Virus record (IMG/VR): IMGVR_UViG_3300032007_000001 | DNA: 64,000 nt | DNA from: a virus | Taxonomy: Duplodnaviria; Caudoviricetes | Strand: one strand, 5' to 3' | Part shown: positions 34,984 to 44,657 of the stretch, one piece after another | How positions within the stretch are numbered: the first letter of the stretch is position 1 | Layout of the letters: every line of letters begins with the position of its first letter | Translations under genes and position numbers: made by a program | The notes under the pieces: generated by a model | Databases searched by the model: none | Seen by the model: the letters and a program-made list of their open reading frames with translations, nothing else | What the model was told of the DNA's origin: nothing

Positions 34984-36972
34984 TTATGCAATCTTATCAA
35001 TATTTAATAACTTCTTAACATCAATGGTATCATATAATTCATTATATGACATCTCATCAAATATAAGACATTGTATATGAACATCTTCTTCATTCGTACC
35101 AGTATTATATACAGTTACTTGATTGTCGTCTTCTGTATTGGCATAAACGTCTCCAATCACACCATCTTCAATTGTTGCTTTAGATGTTATAAATGGAGTT
35201 CCAAGAAGTAACGTATATGCATCTCCAAATGAAATTGATTCTTGTTGAACACCAGTAAGACCATTTAATACCATTGTAAATAATTCAACGTTTTGAATAT
35301 CAGTATTATATGTATCTATAACGACCCATGTAAATTCATTGCCAATCGTTGAAGTTACTTCACCAGAATCATCTGTTGTTAAACCAGTATTGTAAACTAT
35401 AAAACCGTTTGTTTTTGTTTTGATATAAATTTCACCATTTCTACCATTTGTATTCTCGTTTGGACAAATATAAATGAAATGTCTATTTACATCCAAATCA
35501 AAACCAAGATTGATTTCAGTTCCTTCTAAGCCATTGAATAAATCTTTGTCAGAAATGACTTTATTCTTTTCAATTCCAACGGCTGTAAGATGCATTTTCA
35601 AGCCTTTTGCACCAGTATTATGGATAACAAAGTATTTATTTTCTTTCGTTACAAATAAGTCGCCAATTTGGCCAAGATTTTCGCTATCATAATCAACAAC
35701 AGTTGGTATAACAACATAATCTTTTTTCATTAAATCCCAACCGACAAAATACTTGTTTTTGCGATATACAACGGCAATATCGTCTTCTGTTTCTGTGATA
35801 TAACCGCCTGATGTAATACCGTTCTGTCTGAAAGAATTTATTCCATAAATTTCTTCATCATGAATAGAAGGGATTGAATAACCAATATTTTGTAAAATAT
35901 AATTTGCACTTTCTATATCATGCGATAAACGATTTATCTTGTTCTTGAGATGTGTTTGATATTTATATAAATCTCTTAATGTAAGATAAATTTTATTATA
36001 TTGCTCTTCACCAAGCGCAGCCAAATGACGAAGGTCAACGATTTGGTCATGATATATAATATTTGAATATTTTTCATCTGGTCTATCTGCTGGTTCTCCG
36101 CCGTCTACATAATCAATGCCACCAAATGGATTATTGACTGCATCAAAACCAGAATTATTGATACGCTTTATGCAGAAAAGAGGAATTGCGTAAATATATC
36201 CATCAAAACTATGAATTTTGGATGTATCTCCGTCGCCAGTTCTATATAAGAATGGGTCATGTTCTGTAGCTGTAAAATAATATTCTTTTCTTATATAGCC
36301 ACCTGAAGCAGACGGATGAATATCTGTATTTGGTGTACCATCATCATCTACAAATCCATTTTCGCATTTACCATCATAATCCTCATGAGTAGACATTTTC
36401 CACTTCAATTGAATTCTTCTTGAAGTTTCCAAATCTATTCTTTCGTCAATGATATGATAGTCCAATGCATCATTTAAGTCATTGCCATAAGCTCTAACAA
36501 TGTCATCATTTTTTAATTCTTCAAACCAGAATTCTATAAAAACAAAATCATTTCTTGTTCCAGCTACAGGAGGATTAGGAAGTCTTACTATCCCATTTTT
36601 TAATTCTTTTCCTCTATAAGCATAGATATGTACTATATTCCCGTCCATAACTACACTAAATGGAGGCATTTCAAAAGCATTCAAATGTGCTTCATCATTA
36701 TTGAAAACTTGAAAACATTTACTTCTATTGTGTTCATCATTTTCGTCGTCTTCTTCAGTATTAACGGTAAGCACACCGGATTTAGTCATACTTCTTATTA
36801 ATTCTGAAACCTGTTCTGTTTGGAGCCATTGCATTTCGTTCAGTTCTCTTTCTGGAACGTATGCATTTGACCCCCAATTCAACGTCTTAAATCGCGACTT
36901 TTCAGTATAACGTCCTCTTGGATTTTCGTTAAAAGTAGGCGCAATTTTTTCAATACTTGCCAAAAATATCAC
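34984..36972 (-). CDS. Virion baseplate/tail protein, paralog of the 26549..30178 N-terminus
   Basis: ERELNEMQ, FVFIEFWF, ETSRR, AIPLFCIKR, IVDLRH. Confidence 0.65.
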   Translation of the reverse strand: MIFLASIEKIAPTFNENPRGRYTEKSRFKTLNWGSNAYVPERELNEMQWLQTEQVSELIRSMTKSGVLTVNTEEDDENDEHNRSKCFQVFNNDEAHLNAFEMPPFSVVMDGNIVHIYAYRGKELKNGIVRLPNPPVAGTRNDFVFIEFWFEELKNDDIVRAYGNDLNDALDYHIIDERIDLETSRRIQLKWKMSTHEDYDGKCENGFVDDDGTPNTDIHPSASGGYIRKEYYFTATEHDPFLYRTGDGDTSKIHSFDGYIYAIPLFCIKRINNSGFDAVNNPFGGIDYVDGGEPADRPDEKYSNIIYHDQIVDLRHLAALGEEQYNKIYLTLRDLYKYQTHLKNKINRLSHDIESANYILQNIGYSIPSIHDEEIYGINSFRQNGITSGGYITETEDDIAVVYRKNKYFVGWDLMKKDYVVIPTVVDYDSENLGQIGDLFVTKENKYFVIHNTGAKGLKMHLTAVGIEKNKVISDKDLFNGLEGTEINLGFDLDVNRHFIYICPNENTNGRNGEIYIKTKTNGFIVYNTGLTTDDSGEVTSTIGNEFTWVVIDTYNTDIQNVELFTMVLNGLTGVQQESISFGDAYTLLLGTPFITSKATIEDGVIGDVYANTEDDNQVTVYNTGTNEEDVHIQCLIFDEMSYNELYDTIDVKKLLNIDKIA

Positions 36973-37634
36973 TCCTTCAAGAGTAATTGATAATCATATA
37001 AAACATTAGTTTCATTTGATACATTCTTAATCTTTAAGTAAAGAGTGTCTCCTTTTATTGTAAAAGAATTTCCTTTCTTAAAGTTTTTATTATCAAAACT
37101 ATAATGTATCGTTACATCATTCTGCGTATGTGTATTAACAACACATTTTTTATAGTTTTTCTTAAGATTTATGGGAAGAAGAGAAATAACAGAATCTTTT
37201 CTTAAAGTAATTGAATTGACTCCAGAATCGAAATTGTTGCTTTCTTCTATATCCATAAACTTAAATAAATTAAATTCATACATTAAGCACTCATTATATC
37301 CATCTTCCAATAATTGGTTTTTCTTTAACATCATAACATCCATTAAAGAAAATTTTTCAGGATAACGAGCATAATCGTATGTTTGAATATAATTTTTTTC
37401 TTCTATTAGTGGTTTCCCAAGTTCATTTGTAGAAACAACGCCATTTTTATCAATATACAATTGATTACCAGAAGAATCTTTAACAGAAATATTTTCTTTT
37501 ATAGTTTCTTCTTTTTTTAATGCATCAATATCTTCTACATATACTCCGAGTGTGAATTCAGGAGCATATTCACTACATCCTATTGATAATGCATTAATAT
37601 CTTGAGGATTGCTCATTTCGAACAAGATATACAT
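36969..37634 (-). CDS. Putative virion structural protein
   Basis: Translationally coupled within the tail operon. Confidence 0.55.
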   Translation of the reverse strand: MYILFEMSNPQDINALSIGCSEYAPEFTLGVYVEDIDALKKEETIKENISVKDSSGNQLYIDKNGVVSTNELGKPLIEEKNYIQTYDYARYPEKFSLMDVMMLKKNQLLEDGYNECLMYEFNLFKFMDIEESNNFDSGVNSITLRKDSVISLLPINLKKNYKKCVVNTHTQNDVTIHYSFDNKNFKKGNSFTIKGDTLYLKIKNVSNETNVLYDYQLLLKE

Positions 37635-40600
37635 TAAATTGAAACCTCCTGAATTATATTTTCTACTCCAGAATCTATTGTAAACAATTTAATTGAACAT
37701 GATTCTTTTACTTTCGTTTCAATTGAAGTTGTATATGTATTTGTTGTAGATAAATTCGTTCTTAACAAATGATTATGGAATTTATATTTGAAATCTTCTT
37801 CTTCAAATGTTCGTTCTGTTTCAAATGAAGTTAGTTCATCTGTTTTATGAACGTATGTATCTTCAAAAATAGAAGTTGGAATATTGATTATACATTCATC
37901 ATTTTTTGGAACATATTTCTCTTCTTCAAAAGGCATTTGCATATCAAAACGCATATAATCATCATCCATGCGTTCTTGAAATGCTGTTTTGAAAGTATTC
38001 AAATGAGTATTGTTATTTCCAAATGTATGTAAAACATGAGGCCCAACGCGATATTTGAATTTTACTTCTTCAAAGAAAATACTTGAATTCCAAGATTTTT
38101 CATCAATTGGTGGTTCAAATTTATCTTCATTCAATTGGAAAGATGTATGGAAAAATACTTCATCATTTTTAAGTATATATTTATCTTCTTCATACTTAAT
38201 CCAACTTTCATAATGGTCGGAATCTGTTATGGCATACATAAAGCCGGTAACAAAATTATTATCATTATTTGTTCCATATGTTTTTCCAAGATTTGTAATC
38301 AATGTATTTGAAATATATGGTCTTATCCCATATTTATTTTCAGTCATTAACAACAAAGAATGAAAATCTACATTTTCTTTTATTTCTCTTTCATAGTTTT
38401 CTTCATAAAAAGCATTTATATGAAATAGTTCATCTTCACCTTGCAATGAATATTTTACATCTTCAGTAATAAAACTATGAACGTAATCAATATCATGCAA
38501 TGTATATTTGGGACCAATTACGTGAGCTGAATTTAAGTCATGTTTATTTGGATTGAATACCAAATCATAATTATTTGCTTTCCAACCATATTTATTTGTT
38601 TCTTCAAAGAAAAGTAATTTCCAATCTTCTACATCGCTATCTTTCCATGGAATTCCATATTTATTTTCGTACCAATCACCATAATCTTCTTTACCGACTA
38701 ATACGACCATAATTATAGGAATTGTATGCGCTGGTCTAACTATATCGGTTACTAATCTTATGTCATCATATAATTTTTCTGTATCAATTGTAGATTCCAA
38801 ATCTTTTTCAACTTCAACAACAAAACTATATTGATTTTCATAGTGCATTTCTTTTGTCATACCATAGTGTTTATAATCCTTAAACAACTCATAGATATGA
38901 ACATCAAATGTTGTAAATGTTTTTAATGCTTTTTCAATGCTTGATTTCGTTGCACCTTTTAATAATGATTCTATTAAAGCAGACACAACTGTACGATATT
39001 GTTCTTCTGACCAATCTTTTCTCCATGGCAATTTAAGCATTGCGCCAAAATTGTTATATATCGCATCGCCATGAGCTGTTTTAAGATACATGTTGTCTTC
39101 CAATATTTGACGTTCATATTCTGTATCTCCAAGTTCAACAGCTAATGAGTGAACCAACTTTGGAAAATTGGTACCATCATAAACATCTTTTGTATAGTCA
39201 TCTGAAATCAATTCCATTATTTCTTTAGCATAATGAGAATATAATTCCATTCGTTTTTGCGCTTCTTTTAATACTGATTCATCAACATGTACTTCTAAAG
39301 AAACGGCTTCTTCTACAAAAACAAAATCATATTGCTGGAATGTTATATCTAATGGGTTTTGTAATACCCCATGCATTCCATCAGGTAAGTAATACTCTCT
39401 ATTTACCGCTGGCTTTAATGTAACTGTTGTATATGATGGATTTTTTGTTAATACTTGACGTTCGTGAGCCGGAAATATAACTGTACATAGCATTGTTTTT
39501 TCTCTATTCATTAACATAACGCTATGTAAGTCATCACTCATAACAAAAGGACGTTTGTTATTTAAGTTATATGTATTATCAGCTAATTGTGTATAATCTT
39601 CTAATTTTGTTAAAAGAAATTTATATTGGTCATACGCTGGTTTTGTTGTATTACCCAAGAAATAGTATAACAAACCATAAACGTTCTTTACAGCATCTAC
39701 ATCTTCTGGGTCAAAAAATTCATCTACTAATTGTGTTTTGAATGGGATAACGTTTGCTTTATAAGCGTTTATTATTTCTCTTAAATCTCTAAACGCTTGT
39801 AATTGCAAATCATTATAATTTCCACTTTCTGCATAATGGCCTTGATATGTAGAAAGATATTCTACATCAAAAATCAAATTATTTCTTTGGGCTTGTGAAA
39901 CTAGCCCTTTTTTCATTCTTTCAATGACATCAGTATAAATATTATAATTCATGCTATCCAAGTTTTGTTTACCTTGAAAAGCAAAAAAATCTATATATTC
40001 AAGAAAACCAGATGGACCAATATCATCATCATTTTCATCTACACCATAATATTCACCAGTAGCTGTTGCCAACCAACCGTTATGGAACGTTTCTCCATCA
40101 ACTATATATTCACTATTAACGTAATCACTTACGCCAAGACAAATACCAGGTCCACCGATTTGAATATCATTATATTTTGTATGTATGATTTCATAAATAT
40201 ATTTAATTAATTGTACATACAAATATGGTGGACATTTCATGACACCGGATTCATCTCTTGATTCAGGTTCTGTCATGATTTGCCAACGCTTTACCCATGG
40301 GTATGTATTGATTACATTAACAGCATATTGAGCATAAGAATTGACATTCAAATCAGTTACAGCCGTTGGAAATTCTATCTCCAAAATAAGATTTAAGTTA
40401 TATTCACCACATAATTGATGATACGTGTCCATTCGTTTTTCCATTGGCCACAAATCACCATTTATGCCAGAATTTCCTACATATAATTGATTGTTTGCAT
40501 TTTTATTGATTTGAATTGTGTCTATTACATCTGTAAATTTTAACTTATTGATATGAATAAATAAATCATTTAACTTTTGTTGTATTGCTTCTTCGCCAGT

Positions 40601-40678
40601 TAAATTTTTATATATCCAAACCTCGCCAAGAAGTGGGTCACCATTTTTCAAGCAGGTTAATCTTATACCTGTTCTCAT
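37634..40678 (-). CDS. Baseplate wedge protein fused to a glycoside-hydrolase-like TIM barrel
   Basis: WQIMTEPE, QIGGPG, IDFFAF, YGLLY (clan GH-A-like); EQYR...LLKGATKSSIEKAL and IVRPAHT (wedge I/gp7-like); follows baseplate J. Confidence 0.6.
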   Translation of the reverse strand: MRTGIRLTCLKNGDPLLGEVWIYKNLTGEEAIQQKLNDLFIHINKLKFTDVIDTIQINKNANNQLYVGNSGINGDLWPMEKRMDTYHQLCGEYNLNLILEIEFPTAVTDLNVNSYAQYAVNVINTYPWVKRWQIMTEPESRDESGVMKCPPYLYVQLIKYIYEIIHTKYNDIQIGGPGICLGVSDYVNSEYIVDGETFHNGWLATATGEYYGVDENDDDIGPSGFLEYIDFFAFQGKQNLDSMNYNIYTDVIERMKKGLVSQAQRNNLIFDVEYLSTYQGHYAESGNYNDLQLQAFRDLREIINAYKANVIPFKTQLVDEFFDPEDVDAVKNVYGLLYYFLGNTTKPAYDQYKFLLTKLEDYTQLADNTYNLNNKRPFVMSDDLHSVMLMNREKTMLCTVIFPAHERQVLTKNPSYTTVTLKPAVNREYYLPDGMHGVLQNPLDITFQQYDFVFVEEAVSLEVHVDESVLKEAQKRMELYSHYAKEIMELISDDYTKDVYDGTNFPKLVHSLAVELGDTEYERQILEDNMYLKTAHGDAIYNNFGAMLKLPWRKDWSEEQYRTVVSALIESLLKGATKSSIEKALKTFTTFDVHIYELFKDYKHYGMTKEMHYENQYSFVVEVEKDLESTIDTEKLYDDIRLVTDIVRPAHTIPIIMVVLVGKEDYGDWYENKYGIPWKDSDVEDWKLLFFEETNKYGWKANNYDLVFNPNKHDLNSAHVIGPKYTLHDIDYVHSFITEDVKYSLQGEDELFHINAFYEENYEREIKENVDFHSLLLMTENKYGIRPYISNTLITNLGKTYGTNNDNNFVTGFMYAITDSDHYESWIKYEEDKYILKNDEVFFHTSFQLNEDKFEPPIDEKSWNSSIFFEEVKFKYRVGPHVLHTFGNNNTHLNTFKTAFQERMDDDYMRFDMQMPFEEEKYVPKNDECIINIPTSIFEDTYVHKTDELTSFETERTFEEEDFKYKFHNHLLRTNLSTTNTYTTSIETKVKESCSIKLFTIDSGVENIIQEVSI

Positions 40679-40693
40679 TACATCACACCCGCT

Positions 40694-42622
40694 TTAATTT
40701 ATAATTGAACCTTCTGAAACTATATCAATGTCTATATTATCCAATACAAAATATTCGTTTTTCTCCAATTGAATTTTATCAACAGCCAATTGGTTTTTCT
40801 TTGAAAGAGAAACTGAATCCAAATCAACTTGTGTAATTCCATATGTATCTCTTGCAATTGCAACGAGCGTAGATTCTTCAATTGAATCTCCCATTTTCCT
40901 TAATGAAGCAACAAACGTTGAAATTTTTGTTATTATTGTATTTCTCAATACAGTAGAATTTGAATTTTCATCGCAATATGCTTTCATTAATATTTGAATG
41001 GGTACTTCATATGCTTCTCTTAAAAGAATATCGGCTGTCAAAATTCTTTTATTATTCATCATTTGCTGGAGATTATAAATCAGTTTATTAGAATTGTATT
41101 TGATAACCAATTTATCTCCATCTTGCAAAATTCCTTCTTTAATCCAATGAATTTTATCAGTGGCATAAATACTATTTCCCAAATCATCATTGACGTGTGA
41201 TTCATACCGTTGCCCAAGGTAAGTATCTTTTACTAAGATATAATCTGGTTCATTATAATATCTTAAGTAAATCTTATTACCTTTTTTAACGAACGTTCTA
41301 CCATTTAAGCGTTTATCAACAGCAATAATTTTATAAGGAATACCATTATAAAACACTTTCTGGAACATTGGTTCTGGAGTTCTCGAAGAAACATCTTCTT
41401 TTTCTGTCAATGCCCAGTTGATTGAATAGTTAATGTTATATAAATAGTTAATTGCTTCATGTAATTCTTCGTCTATTTTTTTCTTTAATAATTCAATTTC
41501 TGTTGGGTCTTCAACATCCAGTGCATACATTGAAGAATCTGGGAAATTATCAGTAATCGTAAAATCCCAAAGAATATCCTTATAATACGTTTCGTGTTCA
41601 ACGTTATCAGAAACACCATATTCAACTTCATAATCAGCTGCATTATCGTAAACGTATCCAGATGCGACTGATGTAATCGATATAATGTTACTTACAGGTT
41701 GACTTGGTAAAAGTATATCTTTATTTTCTTTTGTTATATAAGACGTTGTTAATTCCAAAGTATAAGTTGATTCAAAATTTTGTTTTCCTCTTACCCATAT
41801 ATCTACCATTCCACCACGGCCATAGATATATTCTTTAGCAGCATTAAGATATCCACCATCTCTGAACATGATAGAATCTCCGCCACCAATGACCAAACAA
41901 TCATCAACGTAATCTTGTTGAACGATATATTTCAAATAACCATTCTTTGTACAAATTGAAGCACCAAGTATTGATAACATTATCCTAAAACGAAGAGAAA
42001 TATCGTTTTCTTTATCTTCTCCGCCTGTTGTAGCTATTAAATTTGCTACACCGTCAATACCTTCTATTGGTGATGTCATAACAGTTATAGTTCCAGCCGA
42101 AACATTATAACTTTCACCTGGTGACGTTGCTTCAATATCAACTTCTATATATTTATAATTATTTAAGTAATCAGTTTGTAAAGAATTAATATTTCTTTTT
42201 GAAAGAAAAACAGATTCAGTTGTTCTAAATTCTCTATATGGAATAGCTGATGTTTCAAGCGTTGCTATTACAAAATTTTCTGGTATATATACGCTATCAG
42301 GTATAGAACTTGTTGAAGCGTTTATTCTATTTGAACCAGTTATATAAAATCTAACTCTGCCAGTAGCCTTTGTAGCAGCTCTACGCATTGTAAAATAATT
42401 TCCAGCCAATCTATCTAAATCATCACCAGATGCAGTCAATACAGATTGATTGATTTCCATTATCTTCATTGTGGCATAGTTTGCTGCAAATTCATCAGCC
42501 ATTGGAGATACGATGACATCATTCACCCATGTTCCTGGTTTAGTATCCGCAGAAGGCAAACGGTCGTTGATATCGTTTCTTATGCTTTGCTGAATTTCAT
42601 CAAAAATTCTCTGTTTAATCAA
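40694..42622 (-). CDS. Baseplate J-like wedge protein (gp6-like)
   Basis: TASGDDLDRLA, R..AT.ATG.V.F, IEAT.PG..YNV.AGTI, V.N.....GG.D.END..LR.RI, GG.VDIWV. Confidence 0.9.
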   Translation of the reverse strand: MIKQRIFDEIQQSIRNDINDRLPSADTKPGTWVNDVIVSPMADEFAANYATMKIMEINQSVLTASGDDLDRLAGNYFTMRRAATKATGRVRFYITGSNRINASTSSIPDSVYIPENFVIATLETSAIPYREFRTTESVFLSKRNINSLQTDYLNNYKYIEVDIEATSPGESYNVSAGTITVMTSPIEGIDGVANLIATTGGEDKENDISLRFRIMLSILGASICTKNGYLKYIVQQDYVDDCLVIGGGDSIMFRDGGYLNAAKEYIYGRGGMVDIWVRGKQNFESTYTLELTTSYITKENKDILLPSQPVSNIISITSVASGYVYDNAADYEVEYGVSDNVEHETYYKDILWDFTITDNFPDSSMYALDVEDPTEIELLKKKIDEELHEAINYLYNINYSINWALTEKEDVSSRTPEPMFQKVFYNGIPYKIIAVDKRLNGRTFVKKGNKIYLRYYNEPDYILVKDTYLGQRYESHVNDDLGNSIYATDKIHWIKEGILQDGDKLVIKYNSNKLIYNLQQMMNNKRILTADILLREAYEVPIQILMKAYCDENSNSTVLRNTIITKISTFVASLRKMGDSIEESTLVAIARDTYGITQVDLDSVSLSKKNQLAVDKIQLEKNEYFVLDNIDIDIVSEGSIIN

Positions 42623-42637
42623 CTATTTTCACCTTCC

Positions 42638-43135
42638 TTATGCGTTATAAATCGTTTGATTGAATATTTCGTCTTCTTGATTTTTTATTGTAACGTCCAA
42701 TTCGTATCCTCTATCAAATTGAGTAATTTTAACGTTTTCAACATCCAATAAAATTTCATCATCTGTCATATTATCATACGTTGAATTTTCTGTTATTTGC
42801 AAAAGTTTTAAGTATTCCAATGCCATGCGAACAGCTAAATCACATTTTGCAGCTGGCATATTTGTTATTTTTGAACCAATAATATTATGTATAATTGAAC
42901 CCCAATTCTCATAATATTTATTGTTTCCTTTTACATCATTAATGATTTTTAACATTTCTTGTTGTAATTTTATTGTGCCAGTTGCAAGAATTGGATTACC
43001 AGAAATATCGAATGTTATGTCATAATAATATCCATTTCCTTTGCATTTTGGACACATATCATGACTATATTGTTTATGATTTGCATAATGGTCGCATTGA
43101 CAAAATAATTTTATATCTGTAGACAAATAAATCAC
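42638..43135 (-). CDS. Baseplate wedge gp25-like protein with Cys/His zinc-ribbon N-terminus
   Basis: CQCDH...CPKCKG; DI.FD.SG, KLQQE..KI, WGS.IH.IIG; upstream of baseplate J. Confidence 0.7.
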   Translation of the reverse strand: MIYLSTDIKLFCQCDHYANHKQYSHDMCPKCKGNGYYYDITFDISGNPILATGTIKLQQEMLKIINDVKGNNKYYENWGSIIHNIIGSKITNMPAAKCDLAVRMALEYLKLLQITENSTYDNMTDDEILLDVENVKITQFDRGYELDVTIKNQEDEIFNQTIYNA

Positions 43136-44055
43136 CCGTTTGAATCTTCTTGAGGAGCGTTCTTGTCGACATGACCAGCATTCTGAGAAATGCTTCCACC
43201 AGTCATTGTCATTCCACTGCTATCCATACCAAAGATTGTTTTTCCTTGTACTACCATATTTATTCCTTCTGGAGAAATCCATATACCAGACATTTGTCCA
43301 GCATCTCCTCCAGTTGCCGAAATTTCTATATGTCCATTATCTGCATCCATTCTTATCCACAAAGTACAATCACTTTGTGCCGATTCTTCTCTAGATGCAG
43401 CATCTCTATCTTGGTCTCCAGCTGAAGCCCAAGCCTTTAAGTCCAATTTATTTGACCAACGATTATGAATGTAATTGTTTCCTACACCTTTCATGCAAAG
43501 TTCTCCAGGTTTTAAGTATGGAGTGCATGCTTTATAATCGTTGTTTATATATCCAAGAATATAAGCATTGTGTCTTCTTCCAAAGCCTATGATAACTTCT
43601 GAATTCAATGGTGGAAGATAATTATATCCGCACCAAGAATCTTGTCCAACCCAAATAAATGGATATGTCAATGGAACTTTTTCTTCGTTAGAAGAATTTG
43701 CCACTTCATCCAAAGTTCTATCTTCAGGATTATACGAAATATCAGTATAATCTGTCATATCTTGTTGTGTTGGTGAAACAATACCTGAAAGATTTAACGT
43801 TAATACAACCTTGCCATTATTTTCATTAACTGCACTTTTTACATCTAAATAATTTGTTGATGTTGGATTTAAGTTATTTAAGTTTGGATTCCAAATTTTT
43901 GCAGTGCGAATAAAAACAATTGTATTTTTATCTAATGCATTATTTGCTGTTTGACCATATTCTATATGTGCATCTGTTGGACGCAAAGGCTGTTTTTGAT
44001 TGTCCAATAAATCTTGGAACATCTTTGCGTCATCTTCAGTAAATTCATTATTCAT
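43132..44055 (-). CDS. Baseplate central spike / gpV-gp5-like OB-fold protein
   Basis: YLPPLNSEVIIGF, LKPGE, beta-repeat C-terminus; synteny. Confidence 0.65.
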   Translation of the reverse strand: MNNEFTEDDAKMFQDLLDNQKQPLRPTDAHIEYGQTANNALDKNTIVFIRTAKIWNPNLNNLNPTSTNYLDVKSAVNENNGKVVLTLNLSGIVSPTQQDMTDYTDISYNPEDRTLDEVANSSNEEKVPLTYPFIWVGQDSWCGYNYLPPLNSEVIIGFGRRHNAYILGYINNDYKACTPYLKPGELCMKGVGNNYIHNRWSNKLDLKAWASAGDQDRDAASREESAQSDCTLWIRMDADNGHIEISATGGDAGQMSGIWISPEGINMVVQGKTIFGMDSSGMTMTGGSISQNAGHVDKNAPQEDSNG

Positions 44056-44150
44056 TATTTCATTGTCCTTTCTATGTCAAAGAACATACTAATTTATTTA
44101 TTCTATAAAAAAATAATGTTGACCAACAAAAAAAGTATATATAAAAAAAT

Positions 44151-44173
44151 AAAAGAGTCAAAAAGACTCTTTT
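44151..44173. terminator. Terminator
   Basis: AAAAGAGTC-AAAAA-GACTCTTTT. Confidence 0.75.
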
Positions 44174-44643
44174 TATTTTTTTGCTACAACTGGTTGTGCA
44201 TTTTTCTTTTTTTCTTCTTCTTTTTTTATTCTTTCTTCTCTTGCTTTTTCTATGGCTTCCATTTTTTTATTTGTTTGTTCTTGAGCTGCACCGGCAGATT
44301 CGTCTTCAGCTTGGCCAGATTTTTTATTACCAACGCCTTTAGCTTTTTTTAATAATTTTGCAACGTTATTCATGACTTGCGCTGCCGCCGCAGCTCCAGC
44401 TAATGTTGGCAATATTTTCCCAGGAACCGCATCTGCTAATATGGAAGCCGCTTGAATTCCACCAAGTTTAGAAGCCAATTGTCCAGTAATATTTAATGCC
44501 GCATTGACATTAATGTTTTGAAGTATTGCTGTTGCTTGTTTTTTCATTGCATCTAATTTATTTTTTGCATCACTAGCTTTTTGTTTAGCAGATGATACTG
44601 CACTACTAGCTTTTGCCTGTGCTGCAGCTGCTGGAGAAGCCAT
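44173..44643 (-). CDS. Ala/Lys-rich hypothetical protein
   Basis: 156 aa; GGGTGA RBS. Confidence 0.7.
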   Translation of the reverse strand: MASPAAAAQAKASSAVSSAKQKASDAKNKLDAMKKQATAILQNINVNAALNITGQLASKLGGIQAASILADAVPGKILPTLAGAAAAAQVMNNVAKLLKKAKGVGNKKSGQAEDESAGAAQEQTNKKMEAIEKAREERIKKEEEKKKNAQPVVAKK

Positions 44644-44657
44644 AAACTATCACCCTA

